NCBI GenBank assembly: GCA_045863475.1
Contig: BTUR01000002.1
Location: 79,553 to 141,415 of the forward strand
From: Candidatus Campbellbacteria bacterium
Lineage (GTDB): Bacteria > Patescibacteriota > Minisyncoccia > Phycocordibacterales > EsbW-18
Length of the DNA: 61,863 bases
Direction: 5' to 3'
Below are positions 29,892 through 37,964 of the stretch, piece after piece. Both the position numbers and the translations under genes were made by a program. Every line of letters starts with the position of its first letter. The stretch's first letter is position 1. The notes beneath the pieces were generated by a model. The model did no database searches, was not told where the DNA came from, and worked only from the letters and a program-made list of their open reading frames with translations.

Positions 29892-30178
29892 TGAATCCCG
29901 TTAGAGTTCACTCAGGTATGTTTTATGTCTATATACTCCGAAGTCAGAAAACAGATCGAATGTATGTAGGTAGCACAGGAGATTTACGGAAACGTTTAAT
30001 CCAACATAACCAAGGAAAAAGTTACTGGACAAAACGCTACACACCGTGGAAGGTAATATATTACGAAGCGGGTCTAAATGAACAAGATGCACGCGCACGA
30101 GAAAAATACCTTAAATCGGGACCCGGCAAGCGTTTTATCAAGAATAGGATCAAACGTTTCCTAACTCTAACGGGATGA
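29891..30178 (+). CDS. Small GIY-YIG (URI domain, YhbQ/COG2827-like) nuclease
   Basis: FYVYILRS...YVGST.DL.KRL..HN motifs. The core may start at the ATG at 29918. The upstream in-frame ATG (29891) overlaps the dnaK stop (TAATG). The stop TGA overlaps the next ATG (ATGA). Confidence 0.8.
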   Translation: MNPVRVHSGMFYVYILRSQKTDRMYVGSTGDLRKRLIQHNQGKSYWTKRYTPWKVIYYEAGLNEQDARAREKYLKSGPGKRFIKNRIKRFLTLTG

Positions 30179-30179
30179 A
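29891..30179 (+). mobile_element. Type A start-codon inverted-repeat element, copy A3, carrying a GIY-YIG nuclease ORF (candidate autonomous copy)
   Basis: Perfect 13-bp IR: TCCCGTTAGAGTT (29896-29908) and AACTCTAACGGGA (30163-30175). ATGAA at 29891-29895 and 30175-30179. The interior is visibly AT-richer than the flanking dnaK and dnaJ. Confidence 0.6.
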
Positions 30180-30309
30180 AAAACACAGTAAGGTGGGAAA
30201 TAGAGCGGGGAAGCCGGCATACCGGACACCATCCTCGTTCATCGTTCGCAAACGCATCGCGGTACAGTCAAAACAGCAGCTCCGTACCAGAAATACAAAA
30301 CATGTCTAA
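30175..30309 (+). CDS. Candidate 44-aa basic small protein between dnaK and dnaJ
   Basis: [44 protein letters not shown]. Its stop overlaps the dnaJ start (ATGTCTAA). Its ATG is the right-hand duplicated ATGAA of element A3. Confidence 0.35.
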   Translation: MKKHSKVGNRAGKPAYRTPSSFIVRKRIAVQSKQQLRTRNTKHV

Positions 30310-31363
30310 GAATTATTACGACATTCTCGGCATCAGCCGCGATGCTTCAAAAGACGACATCAAAAAAGCGTTCCGTACGCTCGCGCACAAATATCACCCC
30401 GACAAAAAAGGCGGTGATGAAGCGAAGTTCAAGGAAATAAACGAAGCGTACACCGTGCTCTCCGATGATTCAAAGCGCGCGGAGTACGACACGTACGGCC
30501 GCACGTTCGACGGAGGCCAGGGTGGCTTCTCCGGATTTGAAGGATTTGACTTCTCGCAGTTCACCAACGCGGGCGGATTCCAATTTGATCTCGGCGATAT
30601 CTTCGGCGACTTTTTCGGCGGCGGCGGACGAGGAAAGGTGCGCCGCGGACGCGACATCTCCATTGACGTCGAGTTGTCATTCAAAGAGTCAATCTTCGGC
30701 ACAGAGCGCAAAGTGCTCATCACCAAAAACTCGGTGTGTGCCACGTGCAAAGGCAGCGGCGCCAAACCGGGAAGCGGTATGGAGAAGTGCACGACCTGCG
30801 ATGGTAAAGGAAAACTAAAGGAAACGAAAACATCACTGTTCGGCACATTCGCAACTGTCACAACCTGCTCACACTGCTTTGGTCGCGGCGAAACACCAAA
30901 AGAACGCTGCGGCAAGTGCCGCGGCGAGGGTATCACGCGTGCGCAACAGGAAGTCCGCGTCGTTATTCCGTCAGGCATTGAAAACGGCGAGATGATTCGC
31001 ATGACGGGCGAGGGCGAAGCCATTCAAAACGGCACCGCAGGCGATTTGTATGTGAAAGTCCACGTGGAACCGCACCCGGTCTTCCGCAAAGAGGGGAATG
31101 ACCTCATCATGAGTCTGCCGATTAAAATCTCCGACGCGCTCACGGGTACCACCGTGCATCTCGAAACACTCGACGGTCGCATTGAACTTTCAATCCCGCA
31201 AGGGACAAAACCCAACGAAGTGTTGCGCCTGAAAGAAAAGGGTGTCCCGTATGGAGAAGGAAAACGCGGCGCACTCTTGGTTCGTGTGACCTTTGCAATG
31301 CCCGAGCGTCTCTCAAAACGCGCTCAGGAACTCATTGAAGAGCTTAAAAAAGAGGGGTTGTAA
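30302..31363 (+). CDS. dnaJ: Chaperone DnaJ
   Basis: J domain (HPDK), a G/F region and four CxxCxGxG repeats. Confidence 0.95.
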   Translation: MSKNYYDILGISRDASKDDIKKAFRTLAHKYHPDKKGGDEAKFKEINEAYTVLSDDSKRAEYDTYGRTFDGGQGGFSGFEGFDFSQFTNAGGFQFDLGDIFGDFFGGGGRGKVRRGRDISIDVELSFKESIFGTERKVLITKNSVCATCKGSGAKPGSGMEKCTTCDGKGKLKETKTSLFGTFATVTTCSHCFGRGETPKERCGKCRGEGITRAQQEVRVVIPSGIENGEMIRMTGEGEAIQNGTAGDLYVKVHVEPHPVFRKEGNDLIMSLPIKISDALTGTTVHLETLDGRIELSIPQGTKPNEVLRLKEKGVPYGEGKRGALLVRVTFAMPERLSKRAQELIEELKKEGL

Positions 31364-31393
31364 TCCGCACCAAACCCCTGTAGGATGCCTGCG

Positions 31394-31594
31394 GGGAGGA
31401 TTGGGAGGTAGGGAGGCCCGAACCGGACGCATACGTGGCAAAAGCCGATACGGCCGTCCAGAAAAAAGACCTTGCGCGAGGCATGTACATGTAGACGGCT
31501 GAGTACCTGGTAGAGAGCAGCGACGCCACCGTAGGCGCCGCCCGCCGCGCGACGAATACAAACTACGCTACTCCGCGAAACCCAATCCTCCCCA
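31394..31594 (+). ncRNA. Unclassified structured RNA candidate closed by a 13-bp helix
   Basis: GGGGAGGATTGGG (31394-31406) is perfectly complementary to CCCAATCCTCCCC (31582-31594). The interior has further imperfect pairings giving a rod-like fold. Strand is uncertain. Confidence 0.4.
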
Positions 31595-31676
31595 CACGGG
31601 CCCGACTAAACACCGGGCTCTTTTCTATTGTCAGCGAGCCGCTTTTCATTTCGTGTGGTATCATTTTTTGTACTGG

Positions 31677-31798
31677 TCCCGTTAGAGACTTCTCAGTTTT
31701 GAGCTCGAGTGGGAAGCAGGATACTGTTACGATGTTGAGTAATCTGTTAAAAATCTAATTGGTACGGAAATGTGTTCCATTTCCTATCTCTAACGGGA
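31677..31798 (+). repeat. Type A inverted-repeat element, copy A4 (not at a start codon, no flanking ATG duplication)
   Basis: Perfect 12-bp IR: TCCCGTTAGAGA (31677-31688) and TCTCTAACGGGA (31787-31798). The outer flanks TGGT / ATACCA resemble type B arms. Confidence 0.75.
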
Positions 31799-31821
31799 TA
31801 CCAAAAGAACAAAATGACCGA

Positions 31822-31892
31822 ATGGATCACGTTAGAGGCTAAGACGCATTACCACATACCATGACCAAACCACAAGACTCTAACGTGATGGA
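31822..31892 (+). repeat. Type A-like mini element, copy A8, at the glyQS start
   Basis: Perfect 11-bp IR: TCACGTTAGAG (31827-31837) and CTCTAACGTGA (31878-31888). ATGGA at 31822-31826 and 31888-31892. Confidence 0.65.
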
Positions 31893-33174
31893 GAAGATTA
31901 TCTCGCTGTGCAAACGGCGCGGTTTTATCTTCCAAGGCTCCGAAATTTACGGTGGACTCGCCGGCACGTGGGATTACGGCCCCTTAGGTTCCGAACTCAA
32001 ACACAACGTCAAAACGCTCTGGTGGAAGCGCTTCGTAACCGACCGTGACGACATGTACGGTATGCACGCGGCCATTCTCATGAATCCGAAGGTGTGGGAA
32101 GCATCCGGGCACGTCTCGGGGTTTTCCGACCCGCTTATTGCGTGTGAGAAGTGCAAGCGACGTTTCCGCGCCGACCAACTCGATGATACGACAAAATGCC
32201 CTGAGTGCGGTGGAAAGCTCGGCGAACCGCGAGCATTCAACATGATGTTTAAGACCGCAATCGGAGCAACTGAGGATGAAAACTCCATCACGTACCTGCG
32301 CCCCGAAACCGCCGGTGGTATGTTTGTGAACTACAAAAACATCATCGACACCTTCCACCCGAAACTGCCGTTCGGCCTGGCCCAAATCGGAAAAGCATTC
32401 CGCAACGAAATCGCTCCGCGCGACTTCCTCTTCCGCTCTCGAGAATTTGAACAAATGGAAGTGGAGTACTTCGTCGCACCCGAAGACTGGGAACGCGCGT
32501 TTGAAGAATGGCGCACCATCATGCTCTCGTGGGTAAAAGAAATCGGTCTTAAAGACGACCATGTGCACGAACACGAAATCGCACCAGGCGACCTCGCATT
32601 TTATTCCAAGCGCACGATTGATTTTGAATTTGATTACCCGTTCGGCCAGAAAGAGTTGTACGGACTTGCGTACCGCACCGACTACGACCTCGGTAAGCAC
32701 AGTGAGTACAGTGGTGTTGCGCTGGATTATTTTGACGAAGAACAAAAGAAGCGCTTCACGCCGCACGTCATTGAGCCCTCACTTGGTGTTGATCGCACCG
32801 TGCTCGCAATTCTCTCTGACGCATACGACGAAGAGGAGGTGGAAGGGGAGACGCGCGTTGTGCTCCGCCTGAAACCCGTTATCGCACCCTTCCACGTCGC
32901 CGTTTTGCCGCTGATGAAAAAAGACGGCTTGGGAGACAAAGCACGAGAGATTACAAAGACACTCAAGCAGAGTTTCAGATGCATGTCCGATGAGTCCGGC
33001 TCCATCGGCAAGCGCTACCGCAGACAAGATGAGATCGGCACGCCGCTGTGCATCACCGTTGACTACGACACACTTGAAAACGACACTGTCACCGTCCGCG
33101 ACCGCGACTCCATGAAGCAGGAGCGCGTCGCCATTGCCGAGCTCCCCGCATACATCGGCAAACTCCTCGCGTAA
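31888..33174 (+). CDS. glyQS: Glycine--tRNA ligase (alpha2 dimeric type)
   Basis: KRRGFIFQGSEIYGG, FRNEI.PR and class II motifs. The preferred start, MEKII at 31888, sits at the element boundary. The ATG at 31861 lies inside element A8. Confidence 0.9.
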   Translation: MEKIISLCKRRGFIFQGSEIYGGLAGTWDYGPLGSELKHNVKTLWWKRFVTDRDDMYGMHAAILMNPKVWEASGHVSGFSDPLIACEKCKRRFRADQLDDTTKCPECGGKLGEPRAFNMMFKTAIGATEDENSITYLRPETAGGMFVNYKNIIDTFHPKLPFGLAQIGKAFRNEIAPRDFLFRSREFEQMEVEYFVAPEDWERAFEEWRTIMLSWVKEIGLKDDHVHEHEIAPGDLAFYSKRTIDFEFDYPFGQKELYGLAYRTDYDLGKHSEYSGVALDYFDEEQKKRFTPHVIEPSLGVDRTVLAILSDAYDEEEVEGETRVVLRLKPVIAPFHVAVLPLMKKDGLGDKAREITKTLKQSFRCMSDESGSIGKRYRRQDEIGTPLCITVDYDTLENDTVTVRDRDSMKQERVAIAELPAYIGKLLA

Positions 33175-33192
33175 GCCGCTTTTTCGCGCCGC

Positions 33193-33220
33193 TTGCCCTC
33201 ACATCTCAGGCGGGTACAAT
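33193..33220 (+). promoter_or_regulatory. Promoter TTGCCC-N16-TACAAT upstream of the nuclease-like gene
   Basis: Hexamers at 33193-33198 and 33215-33220, followed by a strong SD (AAGGAGG, 33241-33247). Confidence 0.45.
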
Positions 33221-33251
33221 ACGCGCAGACTGGTAACCGAAAGGAGGGGTC

Positions 33252-33941
33252 ATGGACCCGCGCGTCGCGATAGAAGAATGGCGAGCGACGCAGGAGTCCG
33301 GGACTCCCAGCGTTGTTAGCTCGTTCTACGAAGGTCTCGCCCGCAAGATGACCGGTGGTGTAACTGCCGGCGCCGAAGAAGGTGACGTCACCGTCTGGAT
33401 TGGCGGCACCGCCATCGGTGTTGAGGTGAAGGGGGGAAGTCCGAACAATGCGTTCCGTATGAGGGAGAAGCAGCTGGAGAAACACAAACTCCGCGCGAAG
33501 ATGTTTCCCTACGACGGACACTTCTTCTACTTCTTCTTCAACTACGTGACGTACGAGCCTCAACGCACGGCAAAAGACGGGCGTCGCCGATGCATGTTGC
33601 GTCGGGCAGTTGAGCGGGGACACGGACCAGAGTTCCTCATCGATCAGACGCGGCACCTGTGGATTGTGCCCGTTCAGCTCATCGAGGGAATTCTGCTGTT
33701 CTCTCCGACACTTCGCACGAACCTCGTTGGCGGCGACACCGGAGTTCGAATCAAACGACAGGTGCTGAAGGATTTCGCGAAAAGGCTCCGGGGAGCACCG
33801 CACAACAAATGGGGTGTTCGCGACGGACATGCAGACCTCCTGCCACCACGTCGCCGCACAAGACGCATCACGTTCGGTGTCACCATGTTCTTGTACCCGG
33901 GTATGCCCGAGCTTCCGCTCCACGGCACCACCTGGAAGTAA
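33252..33941 (+). CDS. PD-(D/E)XK / VRR-NUC-like nuclease-fold protein (hypothetical)
   Basis: GDVTVW-x7-GVEVKG fits a D...E-x-K nuclease core. The gene has a strong SD and its own terminator. Assignment by eye. Confidence 0.45.
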   Translation: MDPRVAIEEWRATQESGTPSVVSSFYEGLARKMTGGVTAGAEEGDVTVWIGGTAIGVEVKGGSPNNAFRMREKQLEKHKLRAKMFPYDGHFFYFFFNYVTYEPQRTAKDGRRRCMLRRAVERGHGPEFLIDQTRHLWIVPVQLIEGILLFSPTLRTNLVGGDTGVRIKRQVLKDFAKRLRGAPHNKWGVRDGHADLLPPRRRTRRITFGVTMFLYPGMPELPLHGTTWK

Positions 33942-33942
33942 C

Positions 33943-33985
33943 CGCGCCCCCAAGGGAAACCTTGGAGGCGCGTTTTGTTTTTTGT
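33943..33985 (+). terminator. Intrinsic terminator
   Basis: A 12-bp stem with one mismatch, CGCGCCCCCAAGG / CCTTGGAGGCGCG, with a GAAA loop, then TTTTGTTTTTTG. Confidence 0.8.
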
Positions 33986-34013
33986 TGACACCGCCACGCC
34001 GCCCACGTACCAT
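33985..34013 (+). promoter_or_regulatory. Promoter TTGACA-N17-TACCAT
   Basis: A consensus -35 lies directly after the terminator T-run. An SD (AAAAGGGG) precedes the ATG at 34057. Confidence 0.5.
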
Positions 34014-34056
34014 GCGCCCAGATTCAGGTCTTTCAAACAACCAAAAAGGGGATCCT

Positions 34057-35112
34057 ATGGGCCTTTCCGTAGATTGGAAACGCGCGGGGGAGATTTTTCC
34101 GATTCTTCTACACGCGCTGGAACGACGCAAATACCCGTATCGCTGGGCATTCCCGCCGCATGCGCCGGCAAAACTGCCTCGAACCATGCCGCGGGGAAGC
34201 ATCGAGCATGCCAACTTTCTCTTCTGCAGCTGCTACTACATGCGGGGGAGGATCCGAAGCGACACCGCCATTCAGAATCTCGCAAGCGTATACCTTCGGC
34301 ACCCCAAGATCTTCGACCCAGCATGGATTGCAAAGCGAAACCCGAAGTACGCGGTGCGCGAGGTCCGCAGGGCGCTGCGCGAGAATGGTCTGGGGCGCAA
34401 CTGCAAGGAAAATTCTCGATTCTGGGTGCTCAACTTCAGGAAGCTGTATGAGCACTGGAGTGGAGATGTGCGGAAGCTGCTTCGAGGAGCACGATCATAC
34501 GAGGATATCTGCGCCCGAATAATCCGAACGAAGAAGGGGGCCGATGGTCCCCATGGATTTTTCGGATTCAGAGAGAAGATGACGAGCATGCTCATCTACT
34601 TCCTCGTAGATTCAGACCTGTTCGACCCGGTAGACTTTCCGCTCCCTATCGACTTTCACCTCATGCGCGTCTTTGTCGCAAACGAGATCATTGTCCCTGA
34701 TGAGGGTGTCACGGATGGTTCCTCGATCGGCAATTTCGCCTTGCAGAGGAAAGCGAGGCAGCTCACCCTTGAGTACTGTGTCAAACACGGAGTCAACCCG
34801 CTTCGTCTCTGTGATGCACTGTGGCATCTCTCACGCGAGGGGTGCGCACGGAATCTCGGAAACAAGAGCAGTAAGGGAAGGTACACATCCCGAACGACAC
34901 CTATCGATCCGTACGTCGTCACGTGGAATCACCGTGACATCAAGGCGTTCGACAGTGGATGCGGACGCTGTCCCATCCGGGGGTGGTGCCAATGGAATAT
35001 CCCCGAAGCGGTGTACTACAACCGAGGACGTATCACTGTCCGAGGAAGCCGTCCAGAACCGCCTGAGGAAATGAGAGATCAGCACGAGTTGTCCTTTATC
35101 GCCGCCCAGTAG
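34057..35112 (+). CDS. HhH-GPD superfamily DNA glycosylase-like protein (divergent)
   Basis: GFFGFREKMTSMLIYFLV parallels the HhH GVGRKTANVVL. PIDFHLMRV parallels VDTHVFRV, which holds the catalytic Asp. The C-terminus has a Cys cluster, CGRCPIRGWC. The start was moved to the SD-preceded ATG. Confidence 0.55.
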   Translation: MGLSVDWKRAGEIFPILLHALERRKYPYRWAFPPHAPAKLPRTMPRGSIEHANFLFCSCYYMRGRIRSDTAIQNLASVYLRHPKIFDPAWIAKRNPKYAVREVRRALRENGLGRNCKENSRFWVLNFRKLYEHWSGDVRKLLRGARSYEDICARIIRTKKGADGPHGFFGFREKMTSMLIYFLVDSDLFDPVDFPLPIDFHLMRVFVANEIIVPDEGVTDGSSIGNFALQRKARQLTLEYCVKHGVNPLRLCDALWHLSREGCARNLGNKSSKGRYTSRTTPIDPYVVTWNHRDIKAFDSGCGRCPIRGWCQWNIPEAVYYNRGRITVRGSRPEPPEEMRDQHELSFIAAQ

Positions 35113-35159
35113 GTTTGGGCGGCGTTCATTTTTCCCGCTTTTTTGCTATCATTCCTTGT

Positions 35160-36125
35160 ATGAAGAAAATCCTGCTCTCCGGCATACAGCCCTCAGGGGC
35201 GCTCCACATCGGCAACTATTTCGGCGCGCTCAAGCAATTCGTGGACCTGCAGGACCAGTATGAAAGCTTCGTCTTCGTCGCCAACTACCACGCACTCACG
35301 ACCATCCAGGATAAAGCAGTACTTGAAAAAAATACGCTTGATGTCGTCTTGGACTATCTCGCCGTGGGGCTGGACCCGGAAAAAACGACACTCTTTTTGC
35401 AATCCGACGTGCCTGAGGTTACCGAGCTGACCTGGATTTTCAACACGCTCGTCACCGTTCCATATCTCTCCCGCGCGCACTCGTACAAAGACAAAACCGC
35501 AAAAGGCATCGAAGCGACGATGGGCCTCTTCGACTACCCCGTGCTCATGGCCGCGGACATTCTGCTTCCGGGGGCCGACGTGGTGCCGGTAGGGCAGGAC
35601 CAAAAACAGCACGTGGAGTACGCGCGCGACATCGCACTGAAGTTCAACAGCACCTTCGGCGAGACATTCAAGCTTCCCGAACCGCTCATCATGGAGTCCG
35701 TGGCAGTTGTGCCCGGCACCGACGGGCAGAAGATGAGCAAAAGCTACAACAACACCATACCGCTGTTTGCCACGCGGCAGGAGATTGAGAAAGCGGTCAT
35801 GAGCATTCCGACGGACTCACAGCCGGTTGCTGCCAAGAAGGACCCGGAAAAAGATTTGGTATTTCAATTCCACAAACTCTTTGCGGGTGAGAAACTCGCG
35901 GAAATTGAACGAGGATACCGCGAGGGGGGATTGGGCTATGCGGATTCCAAGAAGATGCTCGTGGAGGAAATCGATGCGTTTATCGGCCCCTTGCGTGAGA
36001 TGCGCACCGAAATTGCCCGAGATGAGAAGCGCGTGCGCGACATTCTGCGCGAAGGCGGACGAAAGGCCCGCGCACGCGCCCAAGAAAAACTCTATGAAAT
36101 CCGCCAGAAGGTGGGGATTTTGTAG
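35160..36125 (+). CDS. trpS: Tryptophan--tRNA ligase
   Basis: PSGALHIGNY (HIGH) and KMSKS motifs. Confidence 0.95.
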   Translation: MKKILLSGIQPSGALHIGNYFGALKQFVDLQDQYESFVFVANYHALTTIQDKAVLEKNTLDVVLDYLAVGLDPEKTTLFLQSDVPEVTELTWIFNTLVTVPYLSRAHSYKDKTAKGIEATMGLFDYPVLMAADILLPGADVVPVGQDQKQHVEYARDIALKFNSTFGETFKLPEPLIMESVAVVPGTDGQKMSKSYNNTIPLFATRQEIEKAVMSIPTDSQPVAAKKDPEKDLVFQFHKLFAGEKLAEIERGYREGGLGYADSKKMLVEEIDAFIGPLREMRTEIARDEKRVRDILREGGRKARARAQEKLYEIRQKVGIL

Positions 36126-36142
36126 ATAGAGAACTGATTGCT

Positions 36143-36178
36143 GAAAAGAACAATACTCGTCGTTCTTTTCGTGTTTTT
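36143..36178 (+). terminator. Intrinsic terminator after trpS
   Basis: GAAAAGAAC (36143-36151) pairs with GTTCTTTTC (36162-36170), then GTGTTTTT. Confidence 0.7.
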
Positions 36179-36282
36179 GACAATTCTGAGAAATGTTTCA
36201 GAGATTATTTAACCATTGACTATTGTTTTAAGAGGGGTAGATTATGATCATAACTTAACAATAAACCCAAAAGAGATAGTCC

Positions 36283-37923
36283 ATGAAAATTGAACACGTT
36301 GATATTACGCCAGACCGTAGCATCTACCACAAAATTGGAGAGGCGAACTACTCGATATCCGATGCCGTCGCGGAGTTGGTTGATAATTCGATTGATGCCG
36401 CAAACGAAGACGGGGTAGAGATAGTGATTGTTTTGGATAAAAAGAATAAAAAAATTATTATTGAGGATAATGGCAAGGGAATGGACAAAGAGGTTGCGGC
36501 CAACGCTTTAAAACTCGCCCATTCACAAAAAAAGGACTCCTTGGGTGAATTTGGGCTTGGGCTTAAGTCCGCCTGTACTAGTCTTGGAAAAAAATTTCAG
36601 TTGGTCACAACCCCTAAGGGCTCACCCGAGAGTTATGTTTTAACCTACGACAGGGAACAGTTTATGAAAGAAGGTCGCTGGGACGCTTTTCCAATCTCCA
36701 TCACTGATACCGCTGAAGATAATCATGGAACAACCGTAGAAATTTCGAACCTGAAGGTAAAACTTTATGATGCCTTGGTCACCAGGTTAAAAGAAGACCT
36801 TTCACAAAGATACGGACCATTCATTCAGCATAATAATGTCGTCATAAAAGTCGGTTTACGAAATGACACCGCAAAACCCTGTACCCCCACGCCCGTAGAG
36901 TTAGATGAGGATGGTCAAGAAAATTTTGAGTATGTATTAGCAAATGGAGCAAGGGTATACGGTTGGTGGGGACTGCGAAAAGTAGCTTCTGGAACACAAA
37001 GTGGTTTCAATATCTTTCGCAGAGGACGTCTAATCAGAGCAAATGAACGCCTGGGATACAACCCACACCCCATGACCAATCACGTGTTTGGTGAAATTCA
37101 CCTCGATGCGGTCCCTGTTACTCACAACAAAAGGGAATTCATCACAGAGTCTGGGGAGTTCAGGGAATTTATAGAAAACTTTTGGGGAGATAAGACGGGG
37201 AAGTTGGTAGGGGAACGCATATCGGGGCTTATCGACAAAATAACAAAAAAGGCACAGGATCGATGGAACCAAAATAAAGCAGAAAGACAGCTTCCAGACA
37301 GTTTAAAAGAAACAGTGAAAGATAACATTCTGCGGGCGCTTAATCGTGTTGACGAGTTTAAGGAACTTGCCTTTCCGCTTCTCAATACGGCCAAGAAGAG
37401 GTCTGAGACTGGGGAATTGTTACCCCAGGAACTTCGTGAGGAGCACAAGAACGTAGCCTCGGAAGAAGACGTACAGCTTGAAATACAGGAAAACGAAAAA
37501 CGTACTCCCAAAAAAACTCAGCAAAAACGGGCTAAGTTCATCATTATAAACGGGAGAAAATTTCATTTTGATTTTTTTTGGAAAGATCTCCAAGACCCAA
37601 GTATTGATAAGGAATCTGTCACAACCGAAAACGGTGTTGAAATTTATATCAATACCGGCTTTCCGGGATTTGGTTTGTCAAAAGACTCACAATTCTACTG
37701 TGTTTTTCACGTCGCGGAGGCTATTTCTGAACTTTATCTAAAAGAAGCTGAGCAACCAATAAACAGAATGGTTGAATTACGCAACAAACTACTCAATCAG
37801 GTTGCGTCAGTTATCTTAGAAGAAGAAGAGATTCGTAAACTTGAAAAACAAGAGGAAGAACTTACAAGTATACTGGCGGAAAAAAACAGATTGAAAGAAA
37901 AAGTTCGAGCATCAAAATTATAG
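36283..37923 (+). CDS. GHKL-superfamily ATPase (HATPase_c_3 / MutL-MORC-like) with a C-terminal coiled-coil
   Basis: Bergerat-fold motifs ELVDNSIDA (N box), DNGKGM (G1) and GEFGLGLKSA (G2). The gene sits in an AT-rich island. Confidence 0.75.
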   Translation: MKIEHVDITPDRSIYHKIGEANYSISDAVAELVDNSIDAANEDGVEIVIVLDKKNKKIIIEDNGKGMDKEVAANALKLAHSQKKDSLGEFGLGLKSACTSLGKKFQLVTTPKGSPESYVLTYDREQFMKEGRWDAFPISITDTAEDNHGTTVEISNLKVKLYDALVTRLKEDLSQRYGPFIQHNNVVIKVGLRNDTAKPCTPTPVELDEDGQENFEYVLANGARVYGWWGLRKVASGTQSGFNIFRRGRLIRANERLGYNPHPMTNHVFGEIHLDAVPVTHNKREFITESGEFREFIENFWGDKTGKLVGERISGLIDKITKKAQDRWNQNKAERQLPDSLKETVKDNILRALNRVDEFKELAFPLLNTAKKRSETGELLPQELREEHKNVASEEDVQLEIQENEKRTPKKTQQKRAKFIIINGRKFHFDFFWKDLQDPSIDKESVTTENGVEIYINTGFPGFGLSKDSQFYCVFHVAEAISELYLKEAEQPINRMVELRNKLLNQVASVILEEEEIRKLEKQEEELTSILAEKNRLKEKVRASKL

Positions 37924-37964
37924 GGTGGGTATTGAATGAAAATACCGATTAAAAAATTAGATTT

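Noticed and set aside
33063-34214. The 383-aa minus-strand ORF, and other long antisense ORFs (for example 4902-5627, 26961-27884, 29135-29809, 51651-52280)
   Set aside because: They lie antisense to genes with clear homology or expression signals, and their Arg/Ser/Pro-rich compositions are typical of GC-rich shadow frames.
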